From Candidatus Thorarchaeota archaeon (GTDB lineage Archaea; Asgardarchaeota; Thorarchaeia; Thorarchaeales; Thorarchaeaceae), in NCBI GenBank assembly GCA_029858305.1, contig JAOUFI010000009.1:1-55208 (forward strand): a stretch of DNA of 55,208 bases, written 5' to 3'. Under the pieces are notes generated by a model, which saw nothing but the letters and a program-made list of their open reading frames with translations, had not been told where the DNA came from and ran no database searches. Below, in pieces: positions 20,877 through 31,080 of the stretch (the first letter of the stretch is position 1; each line of letters begins with the position of its first letter). Made by a program: the position numbers and the translations under genes.

Positions 20877-22067
20877 TTGAGTGGAAGAAGACCAAAGATT
20901 TACTTCGACCAAACACAGAACGAACGTGGAAGGCTCGATAGCACATACTCTGAACTAGGTAAGATTCTGAGAGATAATGACTTTGATGTAGAGCCCTATA
21001 CAGAGTTCATGCTTCTCGCGAAGAATCTCAAAGATGCAGATGTTTTGGTTTTTGGATGTCCGAATAGTTCCAAGCTGCGATCTCCAGAGATTGATGTTCT
21101 TCTAAAATTCGTGAAGAACGGAGGGGGTCTCATGTTACTCTCCTTATCTGGTGGCGATAAGGGTTTGATGAATAACATGTCCCAAGTATCAGAAGAGTTT
21201 GGAATAATATTTGATAATACTGCAGTCAAAGACGAAAGGCATAATGCAGGAATTCCGACGATGCCTATCATCAGGGAGATTGTACCACATCCAACAACAG
21301 AGGATGTAGAAGACCTACTCATCCCCTCTGCATGTAGCTTACGACTAACCAGTAAAGCCATCGCATTGGCTCGGACATCAGATGTAGCAGATCCAAGTAA
21401 TGTCCCTATCATAGCAACAGCAGAGCCTGGGAAAGGGCGTGTTATGTGTATAGGAAGTTATGAGATCTTTAGAAGGGGAGGCGGGTTAAAGAATAAAGGA
21501 AATGCAATATTTGCCGTTAATGCTTTCAAGTGGCTGAGTGGTGAGTTCCTGATGACTAAGCCTAGTTCTGTTGTAAAAGAACAGGAAAAAACAGAGAGCG
21601 CGAAGACAAAGGAAATGTCTGCTCAAGTAGATTCCGCGCAATCAGTAGAATTCGAACAGACCCTTAGAAGACTTGTAAATGCCGTATTTGACCTGCAGAA
21701 AGATATCTCTAACATAAAGGAGCAGGTAGGAAGTGTTGAATCAAATATCGAACTACTCCGAAATCAGTTTCAGGACTTCGCAGAAAAGACGCAGCAACAG
21801 CTGGGTGTGATGATCCCTGCAAGACAGTTCAAGACCGCAGAAGAAAACAAGGCGGCAGATATCGAAGCCGATATCAAATCGTTACTAAAAGAAGTCACAT
21901 CTATTGATCAGCTGTGTGAACATATCGAACAGAAATATGCAACAGGTGCAATGTCTAAAGAGTCCTATACCGAACAAATTGAGAAACTCAATACAAAATT
22001 GACTAGCTTGAGAAAAAAGATTGAGAAGAAGCAGAAAGAGCTTGAGCAACTCAAGACTCCGGAATAA
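20877..22067 (+). CDS. GIFT (GldG/IFT52-like, DUF4350-like) domain protein with C-terminal coiled coils
   Basis: IYFDQTQNE..DVLVFGCP..EIDVLLKFVKNGGGLMLL..EEFGIIFDN..GKGRVMCIGS, then heptad-rich helices. TTG 20877 follows AGGTG; the ORF track starts at 20835. Confidence 0.7.
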   Translation: MSGRRPKIYFDQTQNERGRLDSTYSELGKILRDNDFDVEPYTEFMLLAKNLKDADVLVFGCPNSSKLRSPEIDVLLKFVKNGGGLMLLSLSGGDKGLMNNMSQVSEEFGIIFDNTAVKDERHNAGIPTMPIIREIVPHPTTEDVEDLLIPSACSLRLTSKAIALARTSDVADPSNVPIIATAEPGKGRVMCIGSYEIFRRGGGLKNKGNAIFAVNAFKWLSGEFLMTKPSSVVKEQEKTESAKTKEMSAQVDSAQSVEFEQTLRRLVNAVFDLQKDISNIKEQVGSVESNIELLRNQFQDFAEKTQQQLGVMIPARQFKTAEENKAADIEADIKSLLKEVTSIDQLCEHIEQKYATGAMSKESYTEQIEKLNTKLTSLRKKIEKKQKELEQLKTPE

Positions 22068-23577
22068 TCGTAGATTCATTCGTTGCAAACTTTTCCGAGT
22101 CTATTTTCAGTGATATCCTAAGATGTCTGAAAAAAGAGTCAAATCCGTGAGTCAGAGCTTCGACCCCGAATGAAAAAGCCTCATGCAGAACATATCCTAT
22201 TAGTATGAGAGTAACGATTCCAATATACACATAGCGGCCTGGAATGATGATTAGAAGACCTAATAAAATAGGATTTAGAATCATGTAAATCGAAGCTTTG
22301 GATCTCTCTATTTTTGTAGTAATCACACTTGAAACGGGTTGAATGGAAAAGAAGGGAATAATCGCCACAAAGTAGTATTTGTAAATTCCGCGAGGAGAGA
22401 AGATGTGAACAGATAACATCAGGAGAAGCGTAAGGAATAGCATTCTCCGCCAGAAATTGGTGTGAGTATTATTAGGTGTGACTTGTTTTAGCATGAACGG
22501 AAGGATGATGAGAATGGAGATTGCTAGAAAGATACTGTAGTATGTTGCTTTGTTAACAAAATCAACCAGTTCGATAGGAGCTCCAAAAAATATCAAGAAA
22601 GCCGCGGGGGTTATCGGTTGTGACAAATCTGGAAGCGTGGTTAGATTGGTCAGAAGAACTCCGCCAGGCACCTCAAATATATAGTGGAGGTAATTCTTGA
22701 TGTCAAATAGAAAGGGGAGTGAAACCGCTATAACATAGATTACAGCTAATCCAGCCATCTTACTAATATTCTTCAGATCAAAGACAGCATGTAGGGGTCT
22801 CGTTGTTTCCACTTGGCCTTCAGGGAACTTCACTTCATGCTTCTTTATGAGGATGATAATCAATGGGATTAGAAGAAAGAAGGCCATCTGTTTGAACAGC
22901 GCGGCTGTGACCATAGCTAGGGTTCCTGATACTCGTCTGCCTTTCATGAGGAGGTAGAACGACAACATCATGAAAAATACAAAGGGCGCTGGATTAAGCC
23001 ACTTGAAAACTGTATGAAATAGCACAATGGGATTGAAGAGGTATGTGAATACAGATATCTCTGCAACTCTTCGATTGTTTGAGATGTAAGCACTTATACC
23101 ATAGACGGGAAATGCTGTAAGATATCCAAAGAGAGTGAGAAGAAATCCAATCCCAAAAGGATCAATAGGCAGAACTAGACCTATTGCACAGAGATATACA
23201 TAGAGAGGGGGAAAGAAGTATGGAGTGTCGTAGATTCCATTTCCAACTATACTCCTATCGAAAATACTTGAATAAGGCGCAATACCTCTTAGAAATTGTT
23301 CCCCCCATGTATAATAATAATAATCATAGTCTACATACCCTTCGAAATTGAAATTAATTGTTAGACCGAACAATTGAAACTGACCGGTACCTCCCCAAGA
23401 TGCTCTGAAGGGACGCTCACCAGCTGAAATGAACTGAGAAGCTGCGGACGAGAACACCCATATCCATACCAAGGCGGCCAATACAAGAATTAGTATGAGT
23501 ACAATATTCCTTCGTGCAACCTCTTTGAAATCACCAATGTAGTCTTCTTTCCTCCGAAACATCACTTCATCTCTCAA
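22051..23577 (-). CDS. GT-C fold (GT87/PIG-M-like) membrane glycosyltransferase
   Basis: Multi-pass; FEGYVDY, YFFPPL, YLFNP, AALFKQ, RGIYKYY. Confidence 0.7.
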   Translation of the reverse strand: MRDEVMFRRKEDYIGDFKEVARRNIVLILILVLAALVWIWVFSSAASQFISAGERPFRASWGGTGQFQLFGLTINFNFEGYVDYDYYYYTWGEQFLRGIAPYSSIFDRSIVGNGIYDTPYFFPPLYVYLCAIGLVLPIDPFGIGFLLTLFGYLTAFPVYGISAYISNNRRVAEISVFTYLFNPIVLFHTVFKWLNPAPFVFFMMLSFYLLMKGRRVSGTLAMVTAALFKQMAFFLLIPLIIILIKKHEVKFPEGQVETTRPLHAVFDLKNISKMAGLAVIYVIAVSLPFLFDIKNYLHYIFEVPGGVLLTNLTTLPDLSQPITPAAFLIFFGAPIELVDFVNKATYYSIFLAISILIILPFMLKQVTPNNTHTNFWRRMLFLTLLLMLSVHIFSPRGIYKYYFVAIIPFFSIQPVSSVITTKIERSKASIYMILNPILLGLLIIIPGRYVYIGIVTLILIGYVLHEAFSFGVEALTHGFDSFFRHLRISLKIDSEKFATNESTIIPES

Positions 23578-25844
23578 GGTGCAAATTGCTCTGCTTCTGG
23601 GGATTTCAGAATTCCATTAAAATCATCTAATGGAAATTGATGTACAGAGTTTCCACCCAATGTAAACAGAGTCAATATTATCAATCCAGCTATTAATGTG
23701 CATCCAAAAAGAAGGAAGATAGCATCACCAAGTAAGAACCAGGTCCAAGTGGCAGTGATACTTCCTATAAGAAGGAAACAATCAGATAACAATCGAAACC
23801 TCTTCTGTATCTGTGTTACGAGTCCGAGTACCCACATTATGATAAACATACTAGAGAAAATCATAATCTGGCGTACCAAGAAGGAAGTGACAGTCCAACT
23901 TAGAATGTATGTTTCTATACTGAATATGAGAATAAGAACAGCTATTGTACTTGACAGGGTTTTAATGACATAGTTTAGGTCGATGAGCTTCTCTTCGTTT
24001 GATAAAATACCATTTGTGGCAATTGATAGAATCTGTACACCTACGAAGATCATAACACCCATCAATAAAATGAGCAGCAGAATGACTTCAAGGGATGCAG
24101 CCAACCATGCAAAACAGATGGAAACACCGAGAATGATGAGCGTTGAACCTGACACGATAGAAAAGATTACGATTATCCATTGAAGAATCCGGTATCGTAA
24201 GGATTGAGATAACCTACCCTGATAATGAATAGTTCCGAAGCGTATGTGAAAGATAGAACCAATAATTGACTTCAGGAAACCAAAAGGACGCTTAATTTCA
24301 TGATAGAGGCGGTCAAAAAGGGATGACAGTGAGTAGAATACGAATATCAAGATAACATATCCAAAATAGAAGTTACGATCAGGAATTAGAATTAGGAGCG
24401 AGAAGAGAACAGGCATCCATATCATTGATAGCGAGAACGGAACATGTTCGCCTTTTCCGCGAATCATCCGAGCTGATGAGAATATCGAGAAGAATGGGCC
24501 AAACATGGTGAAGTAATACTTGAAGACTCCTCGAGACCCTGTAAGGTTGGTCCAGAGCATAAGGAGCATCGTGAGAAACAAGATTCGACGAAGATATGTC
24601 TGCTCCTCGCCTTTGTATTTGTCAAGGAGTAGCATGAGTCCTGCATACACGACAATTCCAAAAAAGAACGGGCCTGAAGAAACGATTAACATATCTAAGA
24701 ACTCAGCAAATTCAGGCATATTATACATGATTGGGAGAACAGGTAGTCTGATGGGAACATTGTAAGGAATTGGATCAACATAATTTCCATCGAATGAGAA
24801 AGAACCGAGTGCCAAGGACCAAAATCTCAAGAAATCTAATCGAGCAAGAATGAAAGGAAGCATGATTGCGCCTACATAGGAAAGTGCCAAAACAATACTA
24901 ACAGCAAATCCTCGAAAATCAAAGTATTCGAATAGAAAATCGAATTCCCTTGCGAGAGACTTCCTCTTACTTTTTTCTTCAATGGCACCATTCTCACTAC
25001 TCAGAGTATTTTTCTCAGAATCTTTCTCTTTCCTTTCACGGGCTCTCACAAGAAGATAGACAACAAGAGGAATCCCAAGAAACCAAGCTGTCTGTTTGAA
25101 GAGCGCTGCTGAAATTATCAATATTGTAGCAATATGTTTCCTTCCCTTTACAAGAGCATAGAATCCTGTAAAGAAGAAGAAGTAGAATGGGGCAGGATTC
25201 AACCAGAGATAATCAATATGATAGAGCACCAAAGGATTTAGAGTGTATGTTAACGCGGCAATCTCTCCTACTCGGGGATTTTTGGAGAGCTCTCTAGCTA
25301 ATCCATATACTGGGAGAGTTGTTGAGTATCCAAATATTGAAAACAATAGACCAATACCCCAGTTTCCAGGTCCAATTATTCCTTCTAATGCAATCCCAGC
25401 TGCATAGAGATAGGCAGTGAGAGGAGGGAACATGTAAGCTCCATTCTCATTTACTATCCCATCCATTTCCAAGTAACCAAAACCATTAGAATAAGGCATC
25501 ACTCCATCTAGTAAGTTGTGTCCCCAATGAACATAGTAAAAGGAATAATCACTAAAGCCCTCAAACTGATACAAAACCGTATACCCAAAGAGTTCAAACT
25601 CGCCAGGATCAGGAAATGGACCTAGCCATGAAGTTCGTGAGTTCCAGAAGGAAGTGTTAAGATAATCAACAAGTGCAATATTAAAAACAACAGACCAGAC
25701 TACGAAACCAATAAGCATCACAGCAAGAAGATAGCGATATTCGCTGAGGAATCGTGATAGTTGGCGCCCCCATTTTAAGAGTAAATCATCAAATTGGCGA
25801 ACTGAATTGATTATCCAAAACCGATACCCTTCTTGGACGCCCAT
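23574..25844 (-). CDS. GT-C fold membrane glycosyltransferase, paralog of the downstream gene, with extra C-terminal TM helices
   Basis: FEGFSDY, YMFPPL, YTLNP, AALFKQ, RGVFKYY; 4-bp overlap with the next ORF as called. Confidence 0.7.
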   Translation of the reverse strand: MGVQEGYRFWIINSVRQFDDLLLKWGRQLSRFLSEYRYLLAVMLIGFVVWSVVFNIALVDYLNTSFWNSRTSWLGPFPDPGEFELFGYTVLYQFEGFSDYSFYYVHWGHNLLDGVMPYSNGFGYLEMDGIVNENGAYMFPPLTAYLYAAGIALEGIIGPGNWGIGLLFSIFGYSTTLPVYGLARELSKNPRVGEIAALTYTLNPLVLYHIDYLWLNPAPFYFFFFTGFYALVKGRKHIATILIISAALFKQTAWFLGIPLVVYLLVRARERKEKDSEKNTLSSENGAIEEKSKRKSLAREFDFLFEYFDFRGFAVSIVLALSYVGAIMLPFILARLDFLRFWSLALGSFSFDGNYVDPIPYNVPIRLPVLPIMYNMPEFAEFLDMLIVSSGPFFFGIVVYAGLMLLLDKYKGEEQTYLRRILFLTMLLMLWTNLTGSRGVFKYYFTMFGPFFSIFSSARMIRGKGEHVPFSLSMIWMPVLFSLLILIPDRNFYFGYVILIFVFYSLSSLFDRLYHEIKRPFGFLKSIIGSIFHIRFGTIHYQGRLSQSLRYRILQWIIVIFSIVSGSTLIILGVSICFAWLAASLEVILLLILLMGVMIFVGVQILSIATNGILSNEEKLIDLNYVIKTLSSTIAVLILIFSIETYILSWTVTSFLVRQIMIFSSMFIIMWVLGLVTQIQKRFRLLSDCFLLIGSITATWTWFLLGDAIFLLFGCTLIAGLIILTLFTLGGNSVHQFPLDDFNGILKSPEAEQFAP

Positions 25845-25903
25845 GATGCAATGTCAAACTGCGTTACTCATTAATATTTGGCCTTACGCTGAAATCTAAT
25901 CAT

Positions 25904-27985
25904 TTACCGTTCAAGGGTTGCTGTACTGCTAAATCCAGCTTTTGCCACCTCGACAATAGGTACTCCCTCCCAACCTTGAACATCAGTATGTGTGATAAGC
26001 AGAATCTGTTCGAAGTTACTATCATTAATTAGATTCGATACTACAGACTCTCTACGAGCCTTGTCTAAACCTCCAAGCGGTTCATCAAGCATCACTGTCT
26101 TGACCCGAGGTGTGGTTATGGGACTGTCCTTTAGAGGGCGTATGCTGCTCATAGTGCGGCTAATACCAAGTCTGAGCGCAAGACTGATTGCAGTTCGGTC
26201 TCCAAAACTTAACTGGGATGTTTTCTTCCATGCTTGGTCGCGTTCGTCCCATATCTTAAGAAGAAGTCCAGCTCCCGAGCGTTTTGTAGCTGGAGTCGGC
26301 TCTAAATCTATGCTTGTATATTGAGCATTTGTAAAGAACCTGACGTATTGATTTGTCGCACTCCTGATGATACCGATGAGTCGCTTCTGAAAGACATAAT
26401 CTGCGACAAATCCGTTTACGAGATTTCGACGAACATATTTAGCATGCTGATTGAGACCCTCCATCTCCTGAATTTCAGCACCCATCTGCTTCATCAGAAT
26501 CTCTTTTCCCTCTAGTTCAGTAATAAGTGCTTGTTCTTTCCCAATGTTCTGCTCAATTTCAGAGGTGCTTTTCTTTGCTCCTCGAAGGTCTCCTTTTAGA
26601 GCTGAAACATACGATTGCAAATCAGCAATGGTGGGCATATTGAACTTCTTGAGAAGAGAGTTTAGATCTGCTATGTCAGCAGCCTGAAGAACGCTGGATA
26701 GTTCTTGTTCAGATTTTTCAATTGTCTGTTTGATTTCTCTTACTTGTTCTTGAGTTACCTTCACTTTTTCAGCAGCATTTGTTGACAGTGTAATTACGGA
26801 CAAACGCTGCTCAAACTTTTTCGCATCTGCAATTTGCAGCTTGCGGCCTTTATCGAGCTCTTTTGTTTTAAGATCTCCTTCACGGATTGCTTGTTTATAT
26901 TCCGAAACAAGGCGGTCTCGTTCTTTCAAAGATAGGGGTTTGGAGCAGGTGGGACAAATTACTTCATCTTTTGCATGTCCTGGCTTTGTCAGAATATCGA
27001 TTTTTGTTTTCAGGTCACTTTGGATGCCAGAAACTTTTCCCATCTCTTCAGAAACTTGTGTTATTGTGGCATTCAGTGCATCTCGCTCAGACTCAACCCG
27101 TTCCTTTTCTCGCTTTAGTGAGTCTATTCGTGCTTGAATGATTTCAGGTTCAGCATCAAGTATGCCAGCCTGCGAGAGATTCCGCTCAACTTCTTTCGTG
27201 GTAAGTTCTAGTTCGTGTTCCTTCCGCTCAATCTCCGAGGAAACCCTACTCATAATTTTCAGTTTATCATCATCAGGAATCCCTTTCAGTGTCCTTTCAG
27301 TTGAAAGAATCTCTTCGTTTCTATTCTTGATAGAAGACTCATAATCTGAGATTCGTTTTCTACAATGATCAATCTGTTCTTTGATATCGTCAGGAGAGCG
27401 ATAGTCAGCACGAAGAGCTCGTATTTTGGAATCAAGGTCTGATTCGAAATGCTCAAGATGATTAGACATTCGATTTAGTAGCTCAATATCATATATATCG
27501 ACCAAGAGATTTCGAAGCATTACGGGTCCCGCAGTTGAGATGGCAGCAACTTCTCCTTGACGCACTAATATTGTGTTTTGAGCCTGCTTCCACTCCAGTC
27601 CAAGAATCTCATCTATTTTAGTTGCGACAGATTGTGTCTTGTCAGCAATACGTTTCCAAGCTTTTCCGGTCTTGGTGAATAATACCACATTTGTCTTATC
27701 TGCAGGATTGTAAGATCTATCGATTTTGAACTGCGCTCCTGCCACTTCGAAGGTTAGAACAACGCTGCAAAAGGTCGAACTGAAACTGATGAGATCATCA
27801 TTATTTAATTCAACTGAATCCGAACCCCAGAGAGCCCAGAGAATAGCTTCGAGAAGAGATGATTTTCCAGTTGAGTTCGGACCTCGAATAATGATAAGAC
27901 CTTCTGGGAGAGTAGTCCCATCATCAGGGAGAGTCAAATCCAAAAAAGGCTTGAAATTACGAACTTCAAGTTTCAGAAGCTTCAA
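25904..27985 (-). CDS. rad50: Rad50/SbcC SMC-family ATPase
   Basis: Walker A GPNSTGKS, Q-loop VRQGE, Zn hook CPTC between coiled coils, signature LSFGD, Walker B MLDEP, LITH. Confidence 0.9.
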   Translation of the reverse strand: MKLLKLEVRNFKPFLDLTLPDDGTTLPEGLIIIRGPNSTGKSSLLEAILWALWGSDSVELNNDDLISFSSTFCSVVLTFEVAGAQFKIDRSYNPADKTNVVLFTKTGKAWKRIADKTQSVATKIDEILGLEWKQAQNTILVRQGEVAAISTAGPVMLRNLLVDIYDIELLNRMSNHLEHFESDLDSKIRALRADYRSPDDIKEQIDHCRKRISDYESSIKNRNEEILSTERTLKGIPDDDKLKIMSRVSSEIERKEHELELTTKEVERNLSQAGILDAEPEIIQARIDSLKREKERVESERDALNATITQVSEEMGKVSGIQSDLKTKIDILTKPGHAKDEVICPTCSKPLSLKERDRLVSEYKQAIREGDLKTKELDKGRKLQIADAKKFEQRLSVITLSTNAAEKVKVTQEQVREIKQTIEKSEQELSSVLQAADIADLNSLLKKFNMPTIADLQSYVSALKGDLRGAKKSTSEIEQNIGKEQALITELEGKEILMKQMGAEIQEMEGLNQHAKYVRRNLVNGFVADYVFQKRLIGIIRSATNQYVRFFTNAQYTSIDLEPTPATKRSGAGLLLKIWDERDQAWKKTSQLSFGDRTAISLALRLGISRTMSSIRPLKDSPITTPRVKTVMLDEPLGGLDKARRESVVSNLINDSNFEQILLITHTDVQGWEGVPIVEVAKAGFSSTATLER

Positions 27986-29292
27986 GAATCATCCCCCATC
28001 AAAGATTCAGAGGTCATTTTCCCATCTCTTTTCCCTACAGAGAACTCCAAAGAAGTGACAGCGATTTTAGTAAGTTTATCCAGGTCTAGGCTCTTGTCAA
28101 TATCAAGAGTGTTCAAATAGTCACGAAAATCATTTTCTGGGTCTTCAATCAAATATTCGGACTCGATCTCCGGATATGATGCAGCAACATACTCCGAATC
28201 AACTGTCTGCCGAGTGGACCAAACAAACTGGGCAACGTTGTATTCAGAGTCCTGTGAAAGGACTTTCAATCGAAAGTCTTCAAGAGCTACTCCCAAATCA
28301 AAGGAGCCTAAACGATGTGAAACGCCTTCAAAGACAATACGGACCCTTGCAGCTGTCTTGGCGTCCCATGCTGTAACCAATCCTTTACTCGAGAACCATT
28401 CATGAAGATTCCCTACAACAGACTCAACCGTATCATCCTCTGCAAATGATAGCTTTTCGTTCAATACTTGACGGGCGAATTCGAGCTTATGCGGAGTGAT
28501 TACCGGCGCTTTTCCCGCTTTAAGGTCAATGACTAAGAATCCCTTATCGTGAGAAGATTCGTCAAACCGCCATCTTTCTGGAGAACCTGCATACCATGCG
28601 TTTTGAGATTGTTTTCTCTGCTTATGGTCGTGACCTAAAGCAATGTAGTCGTAGTTCATACTGAAAATAGCACTATGGAGTGTCTTGTCTAAATCCATCC
28701 CATGAGCAACTCCAACGGCTGGTCGAAGCCGTTCTCGCTTCTGCTGACTGGTTATCCAATCATCAAACTTAGTAATCATATCAGATGATCGCAGGACTGC
28801 GTAGTCGATGAATGGAAAGCAAAAGACATCTAATTTCTCATAGGAATAAGCAAGAGGTCTGTCCTCACGAATAGCGGCCTTGATATCCTGTTGAGTTGCA
28901 ACATCCAATCCAGGTACAGCTAACTTAAGTCCATCCAAGAGAGAAACTTCTAGTAATCTATAGAGGCCATGATTGCCCTCCAGTATAAGGACAGGAATCC
29001 CAGTCTTCTTGATGAAGTTCTGAAGAACAGATATTGCAGTTTCTTGAGCGACAACAGGGGGTTGCGATGGATTTCCTTCCCAGGGGGAATTGTAGAGATC
29101 ACCTGAGTGAATCACCAAATCAACTGGAGGATCGAGTACTGCAATTCTATCGAAAAGCTCAGTAAATCGCTCATAGAAGTCATTCTCCAAGAGCTGCGTT
29201 CTCATCTCCTGCCCCCAGACATTATGACGAACACCATCTCTAGGTCGACTGCCTAGATGAGTGTCGGAGATGTGAGCGATTCGAGCAGACAT
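27982..29292 (-). CDS. mre11: Mre11/SbcD metallophosphoesterase nuclease
   Basis: SDTHLG, SGDLY, GNHG, AHG, LGHDH, YAGSPE; overlaps the rad50 start. Confidence 0.92.
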   Translation of the reverse strand: MSARIAHISDTHLGSRPRDGVRHNVWGQEMRTQLLENDFYERFTELFDRIAVLDPPVDLVIHSGDLYNSPWEGNPSQPPVVAQETAISVLQNFIKKTGIPVLILEGNHGLYRLLEVSLLDGLKLAVPGLDVATQQDIKAAIREDRPLAYSYEKLDVFCFPFIDYAVLRSSDMITKFDDWITSQQKRERLRPAVGVAHGMDLDKTLHSAIFSMNYDYIALGHDHKQRKQSQNAWYAGSPERWRFDESSHDKGFLVIDLKAGKAPVITPHKLEFARQVLNEKLSFAEDDTVESVVGNLHEWFSSKGLVTAWDAKTAARVRIVFEGVSHRLGSFDLGVALEDFRLKVLSQDSEYNVAQFVWSTRQTVDSEYVAASYPEIESEYLIEDPENDFRDYLNTLDIDKSLDLDKLTKIAVTSLEFSVGKRDGKMTSESLMGDDS

Positions 29293-29301
29293 TTAGAGAC
29301 C

Positions 29302-31062
29302 TCACATGATGTGTTCTTCTGTCTTCTTAGGTCTAGCATCTTTATATCGCTGCTTATCCTTTTCATAGATATCATCAAAGAGAGGAATCCGTACTGGCAG
29401 GGGGAGCTCTCTGTATGATGCTGTGACAATTGCCTCACCACGGGCCATGACACGGAACTCGCCCTCAAAGCCTGAGATATTCACACTTGCATTATCAATA
29501 CACGCCTTTATCTCTCGTTCATTTCCCAGACGGAGGTTAATCTCAGTATTCATCTGACTCAGAATGACATTATCGAGAACACTGACCTGTTGACTCACTA
29601 CAAGGAGACCTATGTTGAACTTCCGACCCTGACGAGATATGTCCTTGAACACGGATTGTCCCCGCATAAGCTCAGGATTTAGAATAGATGGAGCTTCTTC
29701 CACTGTGATTTGAATCACAGGAAGCGATTTTGGGTCTCGAACTTCAGCATCGTCTTTCATTCCACCTTTACTATAGAATGCACGAGCTTTGTCCTTCACC
29801 TTGCTGAAGAAACTCCTCGGAAGCCGCATCTCGGCTTGGCGCTCAAAGTCACCAAGATTACCACTGCTCTTCAAGGCTCGACGCATATCAGAAAGCGTCC
29901 GGGTGATAATTGTGGTGAGCAAGAACTGTTCTTGGTCACTCATTAAGCTAGTATTGACAACAAGCACTCTGCCAGTTTCCATTGCATAGTAAATATCTGC
30001 GAGAATTGACGAGCCTTTTTCAATAAACAGTGGTGAACGTTCCAAGAATCTCAATCGACGCTTTACAGCTTTAAGGGTTCCTTGAGCATCATCCTTGCTA
30101 TCTTCCATATTGATAATTGTACTAATCCAATCATCATTCGAGGCTGCATACTGGGCTTCAATGAACGAAGACATTTGTGGAGAGAACTCCATAATCGAGT
30201 AGAGGTCTCTAGGTCGAATTTCTGACCAAAGAATACGAATCTCTCGAGCATATCTACCAATTTCCCGCGTAGTCGCGCTCCTGTGAGTTGTGAGATAATA
30301 GAAATCTCCAATCACATTGGAGCGGGTAGTGCTACTCATATCTTCAATAATATGTTGAATACCATGCTTGTCGACGCCCTTTGCAAACTCATCATGGGGA
30401 TCGATGCAGAAAGCAGAGATTCTGGTACTATTTTTGTTCGGATTGCGGATTGCGTCGAGATTTGTGTCAATCATTGATTTTATGAGGACCATCATGAGAT
30501 TGCTCTTACCAGATCCAGTGGATCCAAAGATGCCAACATGCATTGGAAGGAATTTACAGGGAATTCTAATTGGCACATCAAGTGTATCTTCGCCGACCTG
30601 CAAGTCGCCAACGAAGATTTCTCCGTCTGTTTGACATTCGAGCATATCCCGTACAGATTCATCAGAAGTGCCATGCATCGGGCGATACACAGACGCCAAA
30701 TGATCCGGCATTCGTCGAGGAGCCTTGAAGGTCCATTCTCCCTTCTTATCCTTCTCGGCATATCCTAACATCCTTCCACCAACTGAAAGGAGCATATTTC
30801 TCTCGATACCGGACAGGTAAGCATCGCCTTCGACCATTAATGTACTAGCAACTCTAGACATATCATCTACTTGCCGTAGATAATTCTCCAAACCCAGAAC
30901 TCTGAAGAAGAATACGCGTTCATGGCCATCACGATCTGAGTAAATCATAAAGATCTCACCGACGCTAATGTCACGATTGCTTCCCATTATTCCGAGTGAG
31001 GTTTGATTGCCCACTCCGACTTTTCCGTAGAGTTCACCCAGTTTATCTCTATCTAGATCCAT
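29302..31062 (-). CDS. herA: HerA helicase/translocase
   Basis: N-terminal HAS-barrel-like region, HVGIFGSTGSGKS, IDPHDEF, VEEAP, RQGRKFNIGL, SQQ. Confidence 0.9.
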   Translation of the reverse strand: MDLDRDKLGELYGKVGVGNQTSLGIMGSNRDISVGEIFMIYSDRDGHERVFFFRVLGLENYLRQVDDMSRVASTLMVEGDAYLSGIERNMLLSVGGRMLGYAEKDKKGEWTFKAPRRMPDHLASVYRPMHGTSDESVRDMLECQTDGEIFVGDLQVGEDTLDVPIRIPCKFLPMHVGIFGSTGSGKSNLMMVLIKSMIDTNLDAIRNPNKNSTRISAFCIDPHDEFAKGVDKHGIQHIIEDMSSTTRSNVIGDFYYLTTHRSATTREIGRYAREIRILWSEIRPRDLYSIMEFSPQMSSFIEAQYAASNDDWISTIINMEDSKDDAQGTLKAVKRRLRFLERSPLFIEKGSSILADIYYAMETGRVLVVNTSLMSDQEQFLLTTIITRTLSDMRRALKSSGNLGDFERQAEMRLPRSFFSKVKDKARAFYSKGGMKDDAEVRDPKSLPVIQITVEEAPSILNPELMRGQSVFKDISRQGRKFNIGLLVVSQQVSVLDNVILSQMNTEINLRLGNEREIKACIDNASVNISGFEGEFRVMARGEAIVTASYRELPLPVRIPLFDDIYEKDKQRYKDARPKKTEEHIM

Positions 31063-31080
31063 TTCTATCGCCTCAAATCA

